Shown one piece after another: positions 33,651 through 54,173 of a stretch of 64,000 nt of DNA. The DNA is from the human T2T-CHM13v2.0 reference genome, Homo sapiens. The notes under the pieces were generated by a model. That model did no database searches, had not been told where the DNA came from, and was given only the letters and a program-made list of their open reading frames with translations. Both the position numbers and the translations under genes were made by a program. Where the stretch lies: assembly GCF_009914755.1 (NCBI RefSeq), contig NC_060926.1; one strand, written 5' to 3'. Position 1 is the first letter of the stretch, and each line of letters opens with the position of its first letter.

Positions 33651-34933
33651 TTCATTCCTACTAATGAAGTTAAAATTCATTGTCAAAGTGAAATATCAAT
33701 AAATTTTGTTATATTAGTTCAGAAACCACAATAGTGTTAATTTTCATAGTGGTTTCAACATAACCACTCTTGAGATCTAAACAGCATCCCAAAAGTGATG
33801 AAAACACAGACCAGTTGGGACTCCAACCTGCAGCGGTCCTGTTCCCCCTCGGTGGACGCACACACTTCCACAATAGCTGTTTGTACTGGAGTGGGAAAAG
33901 AAGGCAGTGAAGAGCGTGCCACCGTCAAGGCGGCATGCAGGGCTCAGACTAAGCAGTTATGCACAGATATGGGTTAAATACAGAAAACTTCCAAGCCAGT
34001 AGGTAGGAGACTGCGCCAGGTCTCCTGAGCAACTCCTCCTCACATCTCCCAACCATTCTCAGGCCCACCCCCCAAAAAAATACAAAACACATAATGACCC
34101 TGATAGGGGCCTCTTGAATCTTGTCTTCTGCATTTGTGGCATTTGTTCCATTTTGTCGCAGCCCATGCCATTATCAGCTGGGAAAACTTCTGAACCCCAC
34201 TCTTGATGCTAGGTTCCCATGAGGCAAGTGCTATTAGAAATAGTTTACAGACAAGGAAAATAAGACCCCAGAAAGGTTAGTGATTTCTGTAAGGTCATAT
34301 GCTATTAAGTAACAAAGCTGGGAGGCAAAGCCAGGTCAGACTTCCAAACCCATGCTTTCTTCCACTTTCATCCTTCTAAATATCTCCTTAAAAGGAAGCT
34401 ATGAATTTGGCAAGTAGTGGACATAAAGAGATGCTCTTAGGATGCAATATGACGTAAGATCATTTGAAACACCAAAAACATGGCTAATATTAGTAACAAA
34501 TCAGCCATGCTCATTCTTTGGATCAGGTAATTTTAGTATCTGAGTTTGATGTCTGTCATATAATGGAAATAAGACCTTAGTACCCCTGTGACATACCACA
34601 CACCCAATCAAGAACAGGTGGGATGCTGGTCATGCACATATACTGTTTGGCCCAAGGCATATAGTTTTGGGAACAATCTAAGGTCCTTCAGGTGAAAATG
34701 GATCACACAGAGAATCTTAAACATAATTACATACAGCAATTTTAAACCCCAGTAGAGTCACTTGATGCAATCAGAAGTACCCATTTGTGATCTTGGTGGT
34801 AGAACACCACACATACGTAATTTATCAGATTTAGAAGACTTCGAGATACAATGTTCAGGGGCTATATATTGGTGAATTGGTAATTAGTGAAATCTCTCCA
34901 AAGTTCCAGGGCTTCCTTTAGAGGAGTTACTGA

Positions 34934-35077
<144 letters not shown>

Positions 35078-35647
35078 TGAGTAGCTGGGACTACAGGCAT
35101 GTGCCACCACACCTGGCTAATTTTGTATTTTTAGTAGAGACAGGGTTTCTGCATGGTGGTCAGGCTGGTCTGAAACTCCTGACCTCTGGTGATCCACCCG
35201 CCTCAGCCTCCCAAAGTGCTGGGATTACAGGCATGAGCCACTGCACCCAGCATTTAAAAAAAAAAAAAAAAAAAAAAGAGCAACTGGTACCACTGCGGGG
35301 AGAGGAACCAGGAGTACTTTCTGTGCCTGTGACAGTGGGCAGAGGAAGACCTCCATGAGGTGCTTTCTGTAAGACAGGTAGAATGGGGTGGGGTAGCTCA
35401 TCGATGGACCTGATCTTTGACTTAAAAAGGCAAGGGAAAAAGATGTAAGAACAGAAAAAGGTGCAGCCCACTCTCCCTCTTACCTAGAATGGGTCTGTGG
35501 CAGGGCTCTGCTCTCTAGTGACTCACAGCCAACAAGACTCAGCTCAGATGGCATTCTTCATCTAACACTTGAAAAATTCTTAGGTCAGGCGTGATGTGGG
35601 TCACATCTGTAATTCTAGCACTTTGGGAGACTGAAGTGGGTGGATCA

Positions 35648-35893
<246 letters not shown>

Positions 35894-36479
35894 TCAAAAA
35901 AAAAAAAAAATCTTTAGATTTGCTTTTAAAAAGATGACAATAATGTCTGTAGCTATTTGGCTGTCACCTTTGAAGAGTCATGATGAGATTTAACTCACTA
36001 CGCCATGTTTACTATATACCAAGATGTTAACATAGTTAAAAACCTTGCTCCACGACTCCAAAAGCTGTGCTTACCAGTTATGTGGCTTTACCAAGTTATT
36101 CCCCCACTCCAAATCTGTTTCCTCCTTTGTAGAACACGGATACTGTCATCTGTCCTACCTCAATCAGTTGTTACTAGCAAGGAAACTGTGGAAAATATGA
36201 CAGATATCTGTGATGAAACAGCATCAATAGGGCATGATCCTTTTGGCAATTAGTTCACACACACAGCTACTACTTTTTGTTTCAAATTGCTACATTTCCT
36301 CACCTTCCATTTCCAGACAATCTAATCATCACTTGTTTGAAACCTGAGTCAAGCACTGTGAAAGTGTTTCTTAAAATAATTAATTAAAATTACCACAGGA
36401 AGCAAAGCAGACTGAATTTTATAAATAGGGCTAATAGAATAATCTTTTGAGTTTTAAAAAGGGATGATGACAATAGCAG

Positions 36480-36680
36480 CTTATTATATACAGTACCTAC
36501 TTATGAGCTGGGCATATAAGTAAAGGTTGAGTGCGTTACATATGTGAATTCACTTATTCATTCCTTGCAGCCACTCTGCATGATGGGTAGTTGTACCCTA
36601 ATTTTCAGATGAGGAACCAGAAACACAGGTAGTAAATGTTAGTCAACATTTTAATCCAAAAACTCTGGTTCAAAAAAATT
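36480..36680. mobile_element. MIR relic (similar relics near 30640-30840, 34210-34360, 56750-56960, 59390-59540)
   Basis: ATTTTCAGATGAGGAACCAGA resembles the MIR core. Confidence 0.5.
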
Positions 36681-37944
36681 GATATCTTAACCTATTTTAT
36701 TGCCCTTCTTAAAACAGTCATATGGGCCAGGCACTGTGGCTCACACCTGTAATCCCAGCACTTTACGAGGCCCAGGCAGGTAGATCGCCTGAGCCCAGGA
36801 GTTCGAGATCAGCCTGTGCAACATGGTGAAACCCCGTCTCTACAAAAAGTACAAAAGTAGCTGGGCGTGGTGGCATACGCCTGTAGTCCCAGCTTGAGCC
36901 CGGGAGGCAGAGGTTGCAGTGAGCTGAGATCACACCACTGCACTCCAGCCTGGGTGACAGAGTGAAACCCCGTCTCAAACAAAAACAAAACCAGTCATAT
37001 GTGTGTAGATAATCCACATCTCTATTACTTTAGACAAATGAAGATTTCCAGGTGAAAGCCATGCATTTTTGTCCTAACTATAAGTAACTCTTCTACCCCA
37101 TTCTCTGGCTCTCTGCAAATAACTTTAAAAGTTGATTTAAACACATTTACTCAAATCTTTCCTTTTCAAAAATTATAGAATTCCCAGAGGGGGCGGGGTG
37201 GGGGAGGAATCCTCAAAAAAGAGAAATGAAGGGAAAGTAGGGGAAGGTAAATGGAGATGTTTATGTTGTAGGAAATACATCTAATTTAAATTGAAAAACA
37301 AGTTATATAAATTCTAAAACTGCCGAAGAATGAACTGAAACACAGGAACTAGAATTCCAATTTAATTCTAAAACTAGCTGCTAAAAGCACTTATTTATTT
37401 ATTTTTGAGATGGAGTCTCACCCTGTCGCCCAGGCTGGAGTGCAGAGGTATGATCTCAGCTCACTGCAACCTGCGCCTCTGGGGTTCAAGTGACTATCCT
37501 GCCTCAGCCTCCTGAGTAGCTGAGATTACAGGTATGCACCACCATGCCCAGCTAATTTTTTTGTACTTTTAGTAGAGATGGGGTTTCACCATGTTGGTCA
37601 GGCTGGTGGTCTCCAACTCCTGACCTCAAATGATTTACCTGCCTTGGCCTCCCAAAGAGCTGGGATTACAGGTATGAGCCATCACTGCCAGCCTAAAAGC
37701 ACTTTTTGAATTAGATTAAATCTTCCGAACATTGAAATTTAGTATATGTAGATGAAAAATCATCAGTTAACAGGTCAAAACTTAAGGCAGAATTAAAGAA
37801 AGACCTGTCAATGGGCTTTTAAATGTGTAAGTAAGGTTATAACATTCACACAAAAATCAAACAGCAATGTAATTAAATTTTAAAAGTAAATTAATCTAGG
37901 TGAACTGTACTATACAACTAAAACACAGCTAATAGCATGAGGGC

Positions 37945-40891
37945 AATCAACATTACTGCATTTAATAAGTAATGATGAACAGCAAAACAACACACAATAC
38001 TCTTTAAATGTTTCACTGAAGCTCTTCACCATTTTGACTTCATGTAATGAGGTGTTTGTTCACATTTTATATGCCATTTAAACTGACAGAGTTGTTTTAG
38101 AAGGAGATGGTAGTGAGTGTTTTAAAAAAAAAAAAGATTGAGTCTTTATTTTTGAAAAACCACCAAGTATCTCCAACTCCCAACTTACAAATTAGGGTGG
38201 TTTCTACACTTACTTCCTCTCAACATGCACACACTAAAGCAAATTCAAATCAAAGAAAGATTTTAAAATCATATGCAAAAACTGTTGATTTTACCCTACA
38301 TCAGTGCTGACTCTTAATAAAAGAGAGGCCTTGGCTATCATCTTAGGGATGCAGGACATGCTTTAATTCTGAGGACAGACACCAGGAGACCAGAAAACAA
38401 TAAAACCCTAAAAAAAACAGTGTCAAAGACTGTCAGACTGACCTTGAAATCATTTAGCAATAGATACCAACTTTCCATGTGAGGGTAAAAGTAAGTTATT
38501 CAATGTGGCTAAATTAGCCATCTTGGTTAGCCATCTTGGACCTGCTGGGTCACTGGCATGTTATTCAAAATCTATAACATTTCTTTGGGAAACTTTTAGA
38601 AGGAAAATATGGGTCTATAAGTTGATTCATCTCCTACACATCTTTGATTTTAAAATGATGACCTAAACCCAGGTCAGGAAAGCAACTTCATTTCATGGCT
38701 TGTTTTTCCCCTTTTCTGCGTTCTGCCACTAGCAGTCGCTCTCATTCATTTGAAAGTAAAATGGTAAAGCAGTGATCTCTAGGTCTATACTACTTAACTT
38801 ACTGAACCTCAAAGTTAGATTTACACATTCACTTCGTATCTCCCCAAAATTTTAAGCACAACAGGCATTTCCTTTTAGTTCAGGAATTTAAATGTTACTT
38901 TATGAACATAGGACTTTATCATTCATAAAGACGAAAACTCTAACAACAAAACTGAAAACTTGCAGGCAGCACGTAAAGCACTCAATCAATGCTAAGATTT
39001 CATTACCATGTAGTATTTTTTTTTTAATAGGATTTCTCTGTGCTCTACAGAGGAATGGGTATAGCCAGCCCCTTAAACCACTCTTGATGGTTCTAAGTGT
39101 TACTTACCCAGGAGTTGCCTTGATAATGGTTATTAGGTTTAACTTTAACAGCTTGAAACAATTTACACTTGTCTTGAAGTATACTTAAGGAATTTATTCA
39201 GCTGATTTTTAAGTGAAGGAGCTCAGTTAGTCAATATCCTACCATCTTGAAAGCTCCCTTCCAATGTAATTTTCATAGTCTTTACATTTTAACTGTCATT
39301 GTTTATTACTGTTTTGGCTATACTCTCTACAATTTCAGCAGCATTTTAAAGAGACAATGTGTCTATGTACAATGAAAAAACAAAATGGCTTGCAACATCA
39401 GAAATACAGTTTAACTGTACAATATTAAAGAGAATCCGTGGTACGTATAACCTTTTTCTGCAACATGAACAACTTACATGTAAGTATCAGCATTATGAAT
39501 GTGACAATAAAGAAAAAGTCCTTACAGGAGTGAAATACAGCATCCTGAAAAATATTGGTTTCTACCCTACGAGGCAGTTAGAAAACGTTCACATTTTAAC
39601 AAATCTGTACAAACCACAAGAAATTTGCTTATGGGACCATCTTGCTGATAAGAACTTTCTAGAAATGTAGAATAACCATGAACAAATTAAAAATCTAGTA
39701 TCTATGTGTTCTACAGCCCTAGAACCCAATAAACTGATTTAAAAACTCAATTATGTCCAACATGGATCACTTTTACATCTTGATTGTTAATGACTGTCTG
39801 CTTTTTAATATCTATGATGTACAGTCAACTTGCACCTTCTAGGTCATTTAATTTTTTAGCAAAGAAGCAACATCATTTAGCAGCAATTAGAGTGCCTTCA
39901 AGAAGACTTAAAAAAAATACAATATCCAATTAGAAAAGCCATATTTTAAACATTTGTACAAGAATAAGCTGCTGAAACTTAGTAATTGAAATATGACATC
40001 TGTACAACAATTTACAATAGAGCTAGAAGGGAATTTATCATTATCCTGCATAGAACTGGTCTGCATTTGGTTACTCACTGTCACCTGTTTTGATGAACAA
40101 GGCCTGGTAACAAAAGAAAAATACCTGTTATCAATTCTAACGTGTTGAAAACACTGGCAATATTATAATTTAGTGAATTCAACTGATTTCAACACAAGCA
40201 GCTCATTTTGTCAAAGGTGTAAAGTATTTAGAAATAATAGCTCTCCCTTTAATATAACCAGTGAAAGAAAACGGACATGTGATCTCGAGGTACAACTTGG
40301 TAAAAGTCTGAATAGGCAAATGACAAAGCCTAACTTTGTCCAAAGATTCTAACTCTCACATTCTATTACTATAAAACACAACTGTCACTGTCATTCAGTT
40401 CTTACTTTGGTTTCAGCAGATTAACTGCCAAATGCTGAAGAATGTATCCAGGCACTATAGTTCGTATGTTAGAAATATGTCTCATATTTTTCCATGTGTT
40501 TTTAAATAATGAAAAACTACCCTTCATATTAGAACTCTCTAGTAACAACCAAATGTATTTAAGTATTATAAACGTTATTTACAGTGTTCCCCCAAATAAA
40601 CAAAATTTTTTTCCTCTATCTTAACATGGTATTCCTGTTTCTGTGTAACAGGCAGTCATCCTTCCTTCACTGCTCAAAATTATAGTCAGAAGTGTGCATT
40701 TATTCATTGTCCATGATCCTCTCTCATACAAATGACACTATGAGGAACTTCAGTTCACAAACAGTTCTTAACCACGTCTTGTGTAAAAAAAAAAAAAAAA
40801 AAGAAAAAGAAAACAAACACTCAAATGCTCTCAAACTTAAGTGTGCATCTGGAAGCAAATTCAAAGATATCATGCCAATCTTGGAGGAAAG
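37945..40891 (-). other. TLK1: TLK1 3' UTR (end approximate)
   Basis: About 3 kb AT-rich, Alu-free tract downstream of the TGA. Minus-strand AATAAA at 39302-39307, 39193-39198 and 38145-38150, and ATTAAA at 37961-37966. Confidence 0.7.
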
Positions 40892-41068
40892 TCAGTAAGT
40901 AATTATGCTTGAAGAAGGGGGTGTAGGGGATGCTGTCAGCCCAGCCATGTGTAGGTTTCCTGAAGAATTTGATCTTCTCATGTGTGGGAGAAGGTATGGG
41001 TCATTTGCCAGCTGGTGCACATCAAATCGATCTTCTTTTCGATATGCCAAACAGCGTCTTATAAATGC
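40892..41068 (-). CDS. TLK1: TLK1 terminal coding exon (kinase subdomain XI and C-tail)
   Basis: tttttgag|GCA; reads [58 protein letters not shown] then TGA; 177 nt; includes the RRSNS motif known as the CHK1 site. Confidence 0.96.
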   Translation of the reverse strand, partial: AFIRRCLAYRKEDRFDVHQLANDPYLLPHMRRSNSSGNLHMAGLTASPTPPSSSIITY

Positions 41069-43130
41069 CTCAAAAAGAGAAAGGAAATGTTAGCAATTAA
41101 TGATCTTTTTCCCTTCTAAATATCAATCAACTGAATCAGCAGAAGGATGGACACATTTAAGACATAAGTAGATCTCATTTTATTGGAAGTTCAAACCTTA
41201 AAAAAAAAATTCTGTAGCTAGAAAATTCTCACTCCAAATGCAACTCACTGCTTGAAGCCCCTGCAGTGGTTCACTTTACAGTCTAAATTACTACTGCAAC
41301 CATTTGAACTTATACTGGAAAGTTGTTTCTGCTTACGAAATTCTGAAGACTTTTTTCTAGCATTTTTCTTCTGCTAAACAGTCCTCCCACCCTCATCCCA
41401 TTTTGTTATCACTTCAGTTTAGCAAAGGGTAAGATGCCATTTTCAACCATTATTTTTTTTTCCTACTGACATAAAGACTTTCTTTAGATGAAGAGATCAC
41501 TGAAGGGACACTTTCATTAGGGACATTGTTTCCCAGGTTAACCCTATGCATCATTACACTCCTGGAAAAGCTAAATAAACAGAATATAATCACTATTTTT
41601 TTTTTCTCAAACCAATTTTACTCAGTTTTTCTTTGAGAATAGCCTCTTACAAAAAAAAAAAAAAACCTTTCCTGAAGTGTAACACATTTTTAGAAATGCA
41701 CACAAATCGTTAAGTGCATAGCACAAAGTAAATACATCTATGTAACTGGCAACCAGATCAAGAAAAAGAACCTCTGAATCCCCCTCATGCCCAGTTCCAG
41801 GCACTGGCTCTGTCCCCAGTCGAACCTGGGTTAACCTTTATCTTGACTTCTAAAACCATAGTTGAGTTTTGATTGTTTGAATTTTATATAAATAGAATTA
41901 TAAATTATGTTCTCCTTTGCCAGGCCTCTTTCACCCAATATTAAATTTTGAGGTTCATCCTTTTTTGGGGGGGGAGGGAACAGATAAAATATTCTCAGGA
42001 GGTAACTGGTAATTGTTTCCCTTTCTTAATGCTGACACTAGAAATTAATACATACCATTAAACAGAAGTATAATCACATTAAAAGGTAACTATTTTGCAC
42101 TTTCTTTGCTTTGAAATTCATTAGAAGTATATTTTTCTCTAAAAATATACCTAGCTATTCTCATTTTACCATAGCTTACTGTTTATTGGAAGTCAATCTG
42201 ATCCCTTAGAGGACTTATCTTTTTTATCTTTAACAAAGTTTCAGAGATCACTTTGAAAAATGATTAAGAGGGAAAAAAACATCAAGACTGATATGTTAGA
42301 GTTTGAGGAGTGGAAAGGCTATCAATAGCAAGGTTAAGGTTAAGTCTGCAACAAATAATGTACTTAAAGATGCCCACACCAAGTCAGGGAAAGTACTTGG
42401 CAAAGGTATCTTCTGTAGGGATACAGAATATAGAGATATTATATATTACATTAAAATATTAAAATTTATATCATATAATTGTATCATATTAATATTATAT
42501 CCCCCCAACAACCCCTTAACCCTTCCTGGATTCCAGATCTCTAAAAGGTGACTGTGGTGCCTATTAAGAGCCTAAGGAGAGAACCAGGAATGGCTAAATG
42601 AGACTTTGCCTTTGGCAACTCCACTCCTCCTGGTCTTTTCAGTCAGTATTAAAAAAACAGATCATGAATCAACTAAATTCATTTAATTTCTGTTCTCAAT
42701 GAGGCTACAGACAGAAAATAAGACAAGATTTAGATGTCAGCACAGTTAAAATATTTTTAAAGGAGTCATATTTATCTTACAAAAATAATTCATTTTGCTT
42801 TCAAATAAGAATATTTATCTCTTTTGTTTTTTTGAGAATGGGTCTTGCTATGTCGCCCATGCAGGAGTGCAGTGGTGCGATCTCACCTCACTGCAACCTC
42901 TACCTCTTGGTCTCAAGCGATCCTCCCAGCTCAGCATCCTGAGAAGCTGAAACTAAAGGCACGGGCCCCTACACTGGGCTAATTTTTGTATTTTTAGTAG
43001 AGATGGGGTTTCACCATGTTGCCCAGGCTGGTCTCGAACTCCTGGGCTCAGGCAATCTGCCTGCCTGGGCCTCCCAAATTGCTGGATTACAGGTGTGAGC
43101 CACCGCGCATGGCCTATTTGGTTTTTTTGA

Positions 43131-43424
<294 letters not shown>

Positions 43425-43747
43425 TAATATTTCTTATATACTTATATATCTCAGTATTAACATAAGCAGATAAAATAATACATAAAAGGTAATGATGAGC
43501 CCAGATCTTGTGATTTTTCCCTAATTTTCAAAGTAGCAGCTGATGAACATAAACAATCAGAGACCATAGCTTAAAAGATAAAAACTATAGCAACCAGAGG
43601 CTGATGCAACTCCTTCTCTGAAAGTAAATCACCAGCCCCTGCTGGACAGATCCCCTGCAGCAGCGAGTCTTGTGACTTTACTTACTGGAAAGTACTTACC
43701 TTGTTGTCAGCACAACTGATGAAAGAAAAGTTACTTCACAAAACTCA

Positions 43748-43918
<171 letters not shown>

Positions 43919-44818
43919 TTAAACACAGATATCATTTCTGTTTAAGCGAATTCCCAAAACCAAAAATCCAAATATCTTGTGTTCTAAAATCTTCCTCAGT
44001 TATTTGAAACCTGAGATGAATTCTCATACAAACAAGCTATAATTGATAGCAGGCCAAGAAAGCCTACCTAACAGATCTTCAACATAGATTAAACACTGTA
44101 AGAAGAAGAAAATAATGCTGTTGCAATATAAGATAAAAACATAAATTTAAAACTTTATTCTGAATAAACAATGAAGTTCAGTTAGAGAAGAGATGAAGTA
44201 GTAATGAAAATGTCTATGACAATTTCCAAAGAATAAAATACTGTGTGCATCACAGGCGAATTTAAATGAAGGAGCTCTGGATTTGGAGTGAGGAGATCCC
44301 ACACAAATCCCTTAACCTCTCTTCCCCTATTGATGAAGGGATGGGGTGGGATGTGGGCTAGTTAATATCTATGGTAACCTGCACTTCCAACTTCAATATA
44401 AAAAGAAGTTGGGAAATAAGACTAAGTTTGATGGTATTTCCCTGATGAGCAACGGGGAAACTGCCCACCCAGGCCAAACTGTGTGTGTGGGTGGGGTGGG
44501 GGGTGTAAGAGGAGGTCAAGTGAATGGTGGATAATGAAAAGTATTGACTCCAGTATTCCCAATAGCAGACAAATATTAGCATGTTAACAGATAGTTACTT
44601 CTTTTCTTAAAAAAAGGAAAGAAAGCAAAAAGTAGGTCAAGTAAACTGGTGTGACATTAAAATAATTCTGATCCATGGAAATTTTAGGAAGAAATAGAGG
44701 AGAAGCCTGGCTTTCTTTAGAAGGATCTAAATTGACTTTAAGTTAGTGAAATTTTGCTTTTAAGAAGGAAAAATTCAACTTAATTTATCTCTGTAGAGCT
44801 GAAGGCTGGTAGAATTCA

Positions 44819-44995
<177 letters not shown>

Positions 44996-45143
44996 CTAAG
45001 TGTAAAATCTTAGAACACGAATTTTATTCATATATAAACTCTAGGACTCCCATCAGTGAAAATCATCAACTGAACTTCTGGAGCATTTACATTCTTTTAT
45101 CATTTAACTCTAGAGCCAACACATACAACATTGTGATAAAGTT

Positions 45144-45158
45144 CATCTCTATCTATCT

Positions 45159-45205
<47 letters not shown>

Positions 45206-45233
45206 CCTACCTACCTACCACCTACCTACCTAC
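45144..45233. repeat. Compound tetranucleotide STR (ATCT)n(ACCT)n
   Basis: Read directly. Confidence 0.9.
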
Positions 45234-45856
45234 CGAAACAAAAACTTAAAGAGATTACAATGGTCTTACTTGGAGTATCTAATAATAGTAGAAGAAACCC
45301 TCTCCCATCCTCCTTAACCACTGTTCAAACTGTAGGCACTTCTCTCCCTAAAATATACACCTGATCACATGGTTCTTTTGTTCAAACAACTTCGACAGCA
45401 CTTACTGCCAACAAGACCTTGTATCTCTTGTTTGTAACACAAGACTCATGCTAATCTGGCAACAACATACATTTTCAAAATCTGCACACACTATCTTCCC
45501 CCACCCTAACCCGCCAAATTGGCTAGTCAAAACCAATTCACTTGCATCTCCACTCGGCTCTCCTTTATCCTCTGAGCTCTTGAATATGACAATCACTACT
45601 GCCTTCCCTAATCACTCCAATTACTTAGCATCTTTTCTTCTTCAAGACCCACCCAACCCCCATAAGCCATCTTTTGCTTCTCCCCAGGTGGCTCTGCTTT
45701 TCTCTGTGTTACTGCAGAATGGTGCAATGCCTCTATTATGGCATTAAACTACAATCACACCAGACCGTGAGCAGCTCAAGGAACTCTTATTCACTGTGCA
45801 GTTTCAAGCACTAGCAGTGTCTGAAACACAATGGGTATTCAAAATTACTATTTTAA

Positions 45857-45979
<123 letters not shown>

Positions 45980-46067
45980 TGACCCTCGCACCTTAGCCTC
46001 CCAAATAGATGGGACTACAGACGTGCACCAGCACACCCAGCTAATACTTTCTTCTTTGTAGTGATAG

Positions 46068-46187
<120 letters not shown>

Positions 46188-46799
46188 TAATAGATGAAGG
46201 GTAAAAATCAATTTGTCATCTCCAGTTATAAGTAAAAGATCCATCACAAGGATGCAAGCATCTCACACCTCAAAAATTTAGATAAACTTAAAATTATCAA
46301 AACAAATAATGCTGCTCAATGGGAATTTACTATTTTTTTTAAAAAATGCAGTTTTGTATTCACTATGCTAAAATCATTAAGATTTCAGCAAGATGTTGAC
46401 AGATCTCTTAAAATACACATGAAACTTCCGTAAAGTAAAACCAGCAAAGATAACCAATAACTCATTTGTAATGCAGTAAAAAGCTGGATTTATTTTGTCA
46501 ATAAAAGTGTGTATTTTACGCAGGTGTCTATGTGTGTAACTGAAACAGGAATAGCTTGTAAAGATTAAGCTATACTCTCTCCAGGCACAAGGTGTATGTA
46601 TGCAAGGAGAGCAACCACAGAAATTGACGTCAAAGTAACTTGGGAAAAGATGTCCACCAGGATTTAGTGAATTTGAGACCAGAGAGACAAAACTAAATAT
46701 TTTAAGTTTCTGAGGATGAAAGGTAATTTATAAGAGCAATATTATATGTGTATTCTAAAATATACGAGTATTTATAGTGCTATCCAAATATATCAAATA

Positions 46800-51531
<4,732 letters not shown>

Positions 51532-53259
51532 TACATAGCTAAACAACTAATATGACTGTAGACATAAACCAATTTTTGGACCACAGATTTCCATGAGAAA
51601 TACATTCCATGTTCCTATAGAACAATGCCATTATTGTATCTCCTTCCAGTACAGCCCCTGAAACATAAGCTCTTTGTCCCTCGAACATCTGTAAAAGGGA
51701 AATTTCCTTGTCCTTCCCTATACTAGTGAAGCCAGAGTGAGAGAGAAACAAATAATGAGAATGTCCTGCAGACGAAGAATAATTTATTGTTTAGAACATG
51801 GTTTTCAAGCTATCTTCCATGGAATCTAAGATTCTACCAAGATGCTTTGTTTTTGTTGGTTTTATTAGAATAAGATTTTGTTGTTAAAAAAAAAAATGAG
51901 CCTTGTTGCTAAAAGAAAAAAGTCCAAAGACTTTGAGAATATTGACTTTCAGGGGGTTACCAGTTTGAATAGTTTTCTTAAAATATGAAGAAAAAATTCA
52001 TGACATTATTATCTTATCCATGTTCCTAGGAAATGCCACAAGCCAAATTTAAAATTTGAAAGTGGCTTTAAAAGAATACATGAATATGACTAATCCCTGT
52101 TCATTAAAAGTGAAATCTATACAGACAGTGGCATCGTGTGTAAGTGGTTATGATGTGCTCAGTTTGTGTGAATACTGTTCTGGAAAACCTGAAGTCACAT
52201 TTATGTTTGTAGTCACAATCCTGTTTCAATGAAGTTGAACGCAGTTATCTTTCTTCCATTAAAATGTCACTCTTTATGCTAAACTAATTTTCTCTGAGAA
52301 CTAAGTTTGTTTTGAAATTTTATAGTTTATGTTCTCCACTTTGGTGAATTTAACAAGTTTGAAAATTCACACTGAAGTAGTTTTTGTGAACACGTAGGTA
52401 TACTGAGGGGATGACAGTCATTTAGATTTATATCTATGAATCTGTGATTATATCTAAATTTAAATCTAGACATATCAAGTCTTTAAAAGGGATTTCTGAA
52501 AGTCAAGTCCAAAGAATATGCCAAATTTATCTCCCATTCACAGCCAACAAAACATCCATCTTCCACAAAAACCACCAGCCAGGTGCAGTGGCTCACGCCT
52601 GTAATCCAAGCACTTTGGGAGAGGCAGATCACTTGATACCAGGAGTTCAAGACCAGCCTGGGCAACAAATTAAGACCTGGTCTCTACAAAAAATTTAGAT
52701 TAGCTGGGCATAGTGGTGCGTACCTGTGGTCTCAGTTACTCAAGAGTAAGTGGGCAGATCGCTTGAGCCTAGGAGTTTGAGGCTGCAATGAACTAAGATT
52801 ACACCACTGCACAGGGCAAGACCCTGTCTCAAAATAAAACGAAAATTCCTGCAACCATATAACCTCCACAGAGAGGGCTTGATGCTTGCAGTTTTTGCTT
52901 GCAATAGTTAAAATATTATATTAACATAAGTATTTATATTTATGATGAACATCACGCTAACATTGTAGAAGAAAACCCATGAATGAATTCTTCCTGTTAG
53001 GAGTTTCTGACTGGCAGGTACTGAAGTCACTTGTTAATGCCAGGTCATTCTCTCTCCAGTATGCTGTTATTTGCAGTTAAGAACAGATGAGAAAAGAGGA
53101 ATGACCACAGAAGTCTCCCTCTCAACTGAGAGCTTAATATCAGTACCTTTACCACAGTAATCTTAATGGCTACATGGAAATAAAAAAAAAAAACACTAAA
53201 TTATTATAAAAGCACTGGGCACCAATCTAGACATTCTGATGTTTTTAGTAATACACTTA

Positions 53260-53487
<228 letters not shown>

Positions 53488-53583
53488 TTACAAGAGAAAC
53501 CAAAAAACATGTTTTCAGATAACTTAATGAATGACTTTTAAAAACTATACTCAAGTTTAAAATTAGACAAATTTCATAATTAC

Positions 53584-53753
53584 CTGGCTTAAGATCATAA
53601 TGTATAATAGGGGGTTTGATCTCATTGAGATATCTTAGTGCATTTACAATCTGCATTACAATAGACCGAGCTTCTTTCTCTGACATTAACTTGTGTTGCT
53701 TCAGATAGAAATCCAAGTCATTGCCTTCACAGTATTCTAACACTGTACAAAAC
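53584..53753 (-). CDS. TLK1: TLK1 coding exon (hinge and catalytic loop HYDLKP)
   Basis: gtag|G TTT; reads (T)[56 protein letters not shown](G); donor CAG|gtaatt; 170 nt. Confidence 0.96.
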
Positions 53754-53909
53754 CTACAACAGAGAAGAGAAAAAAATTAGACATAAGTAATATCCAAGAA
53801 TTCAGAATCACAATGGGGAAATGGAGAGTATTTATATCATCAACACAGGATGGGGAAAGAGAAAGCAAGCATATCTTTCCTTAAAAATTGAACCTTAATA
53901 TTCACTTAC

Positions 53910-53999
53910 GTATCTGTATCCAAGGAGAAATAATCATAGAGTTTAACTATTCTGGGGTGATCCAGTTCTTTGTGTATTCTATACTCTCTGCAGGCATGT
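53910..53999 (-). CDS. TLK1: TLK1 coding exon (alphaC helix)
   Basis: catag|A CAT; reads (K)[29 protein letters not shown](T); donor AC|gtaagt; 90 nt. Confidence 0.95.
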
Positions 54000-54080
54000 C
54001 TATGAGAAGACAGTGTATTAATTCTCCATGATCATTCAAAAAATATTCAATTTTAAAAAACCATAAAGTATTAGTATTTA

Positions 54081-54173
<93 letters not shown>

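Noticed and set aside
33830-33945. Small CpG-containing patch with CTCF-like CCACCGAGGGGGAA on the minus strand
   Set aside because: Core spacing is off by one base and the patch is too short to call from sequence alone.
53584-53604. HYD instead of HRD (and PPE instead of APE) suggesting a pseudokinase
   Set aside because: Normal for the Tousled-like kinase family; the Gly loop, Lys, catalytic Asp and DFG are all intact.
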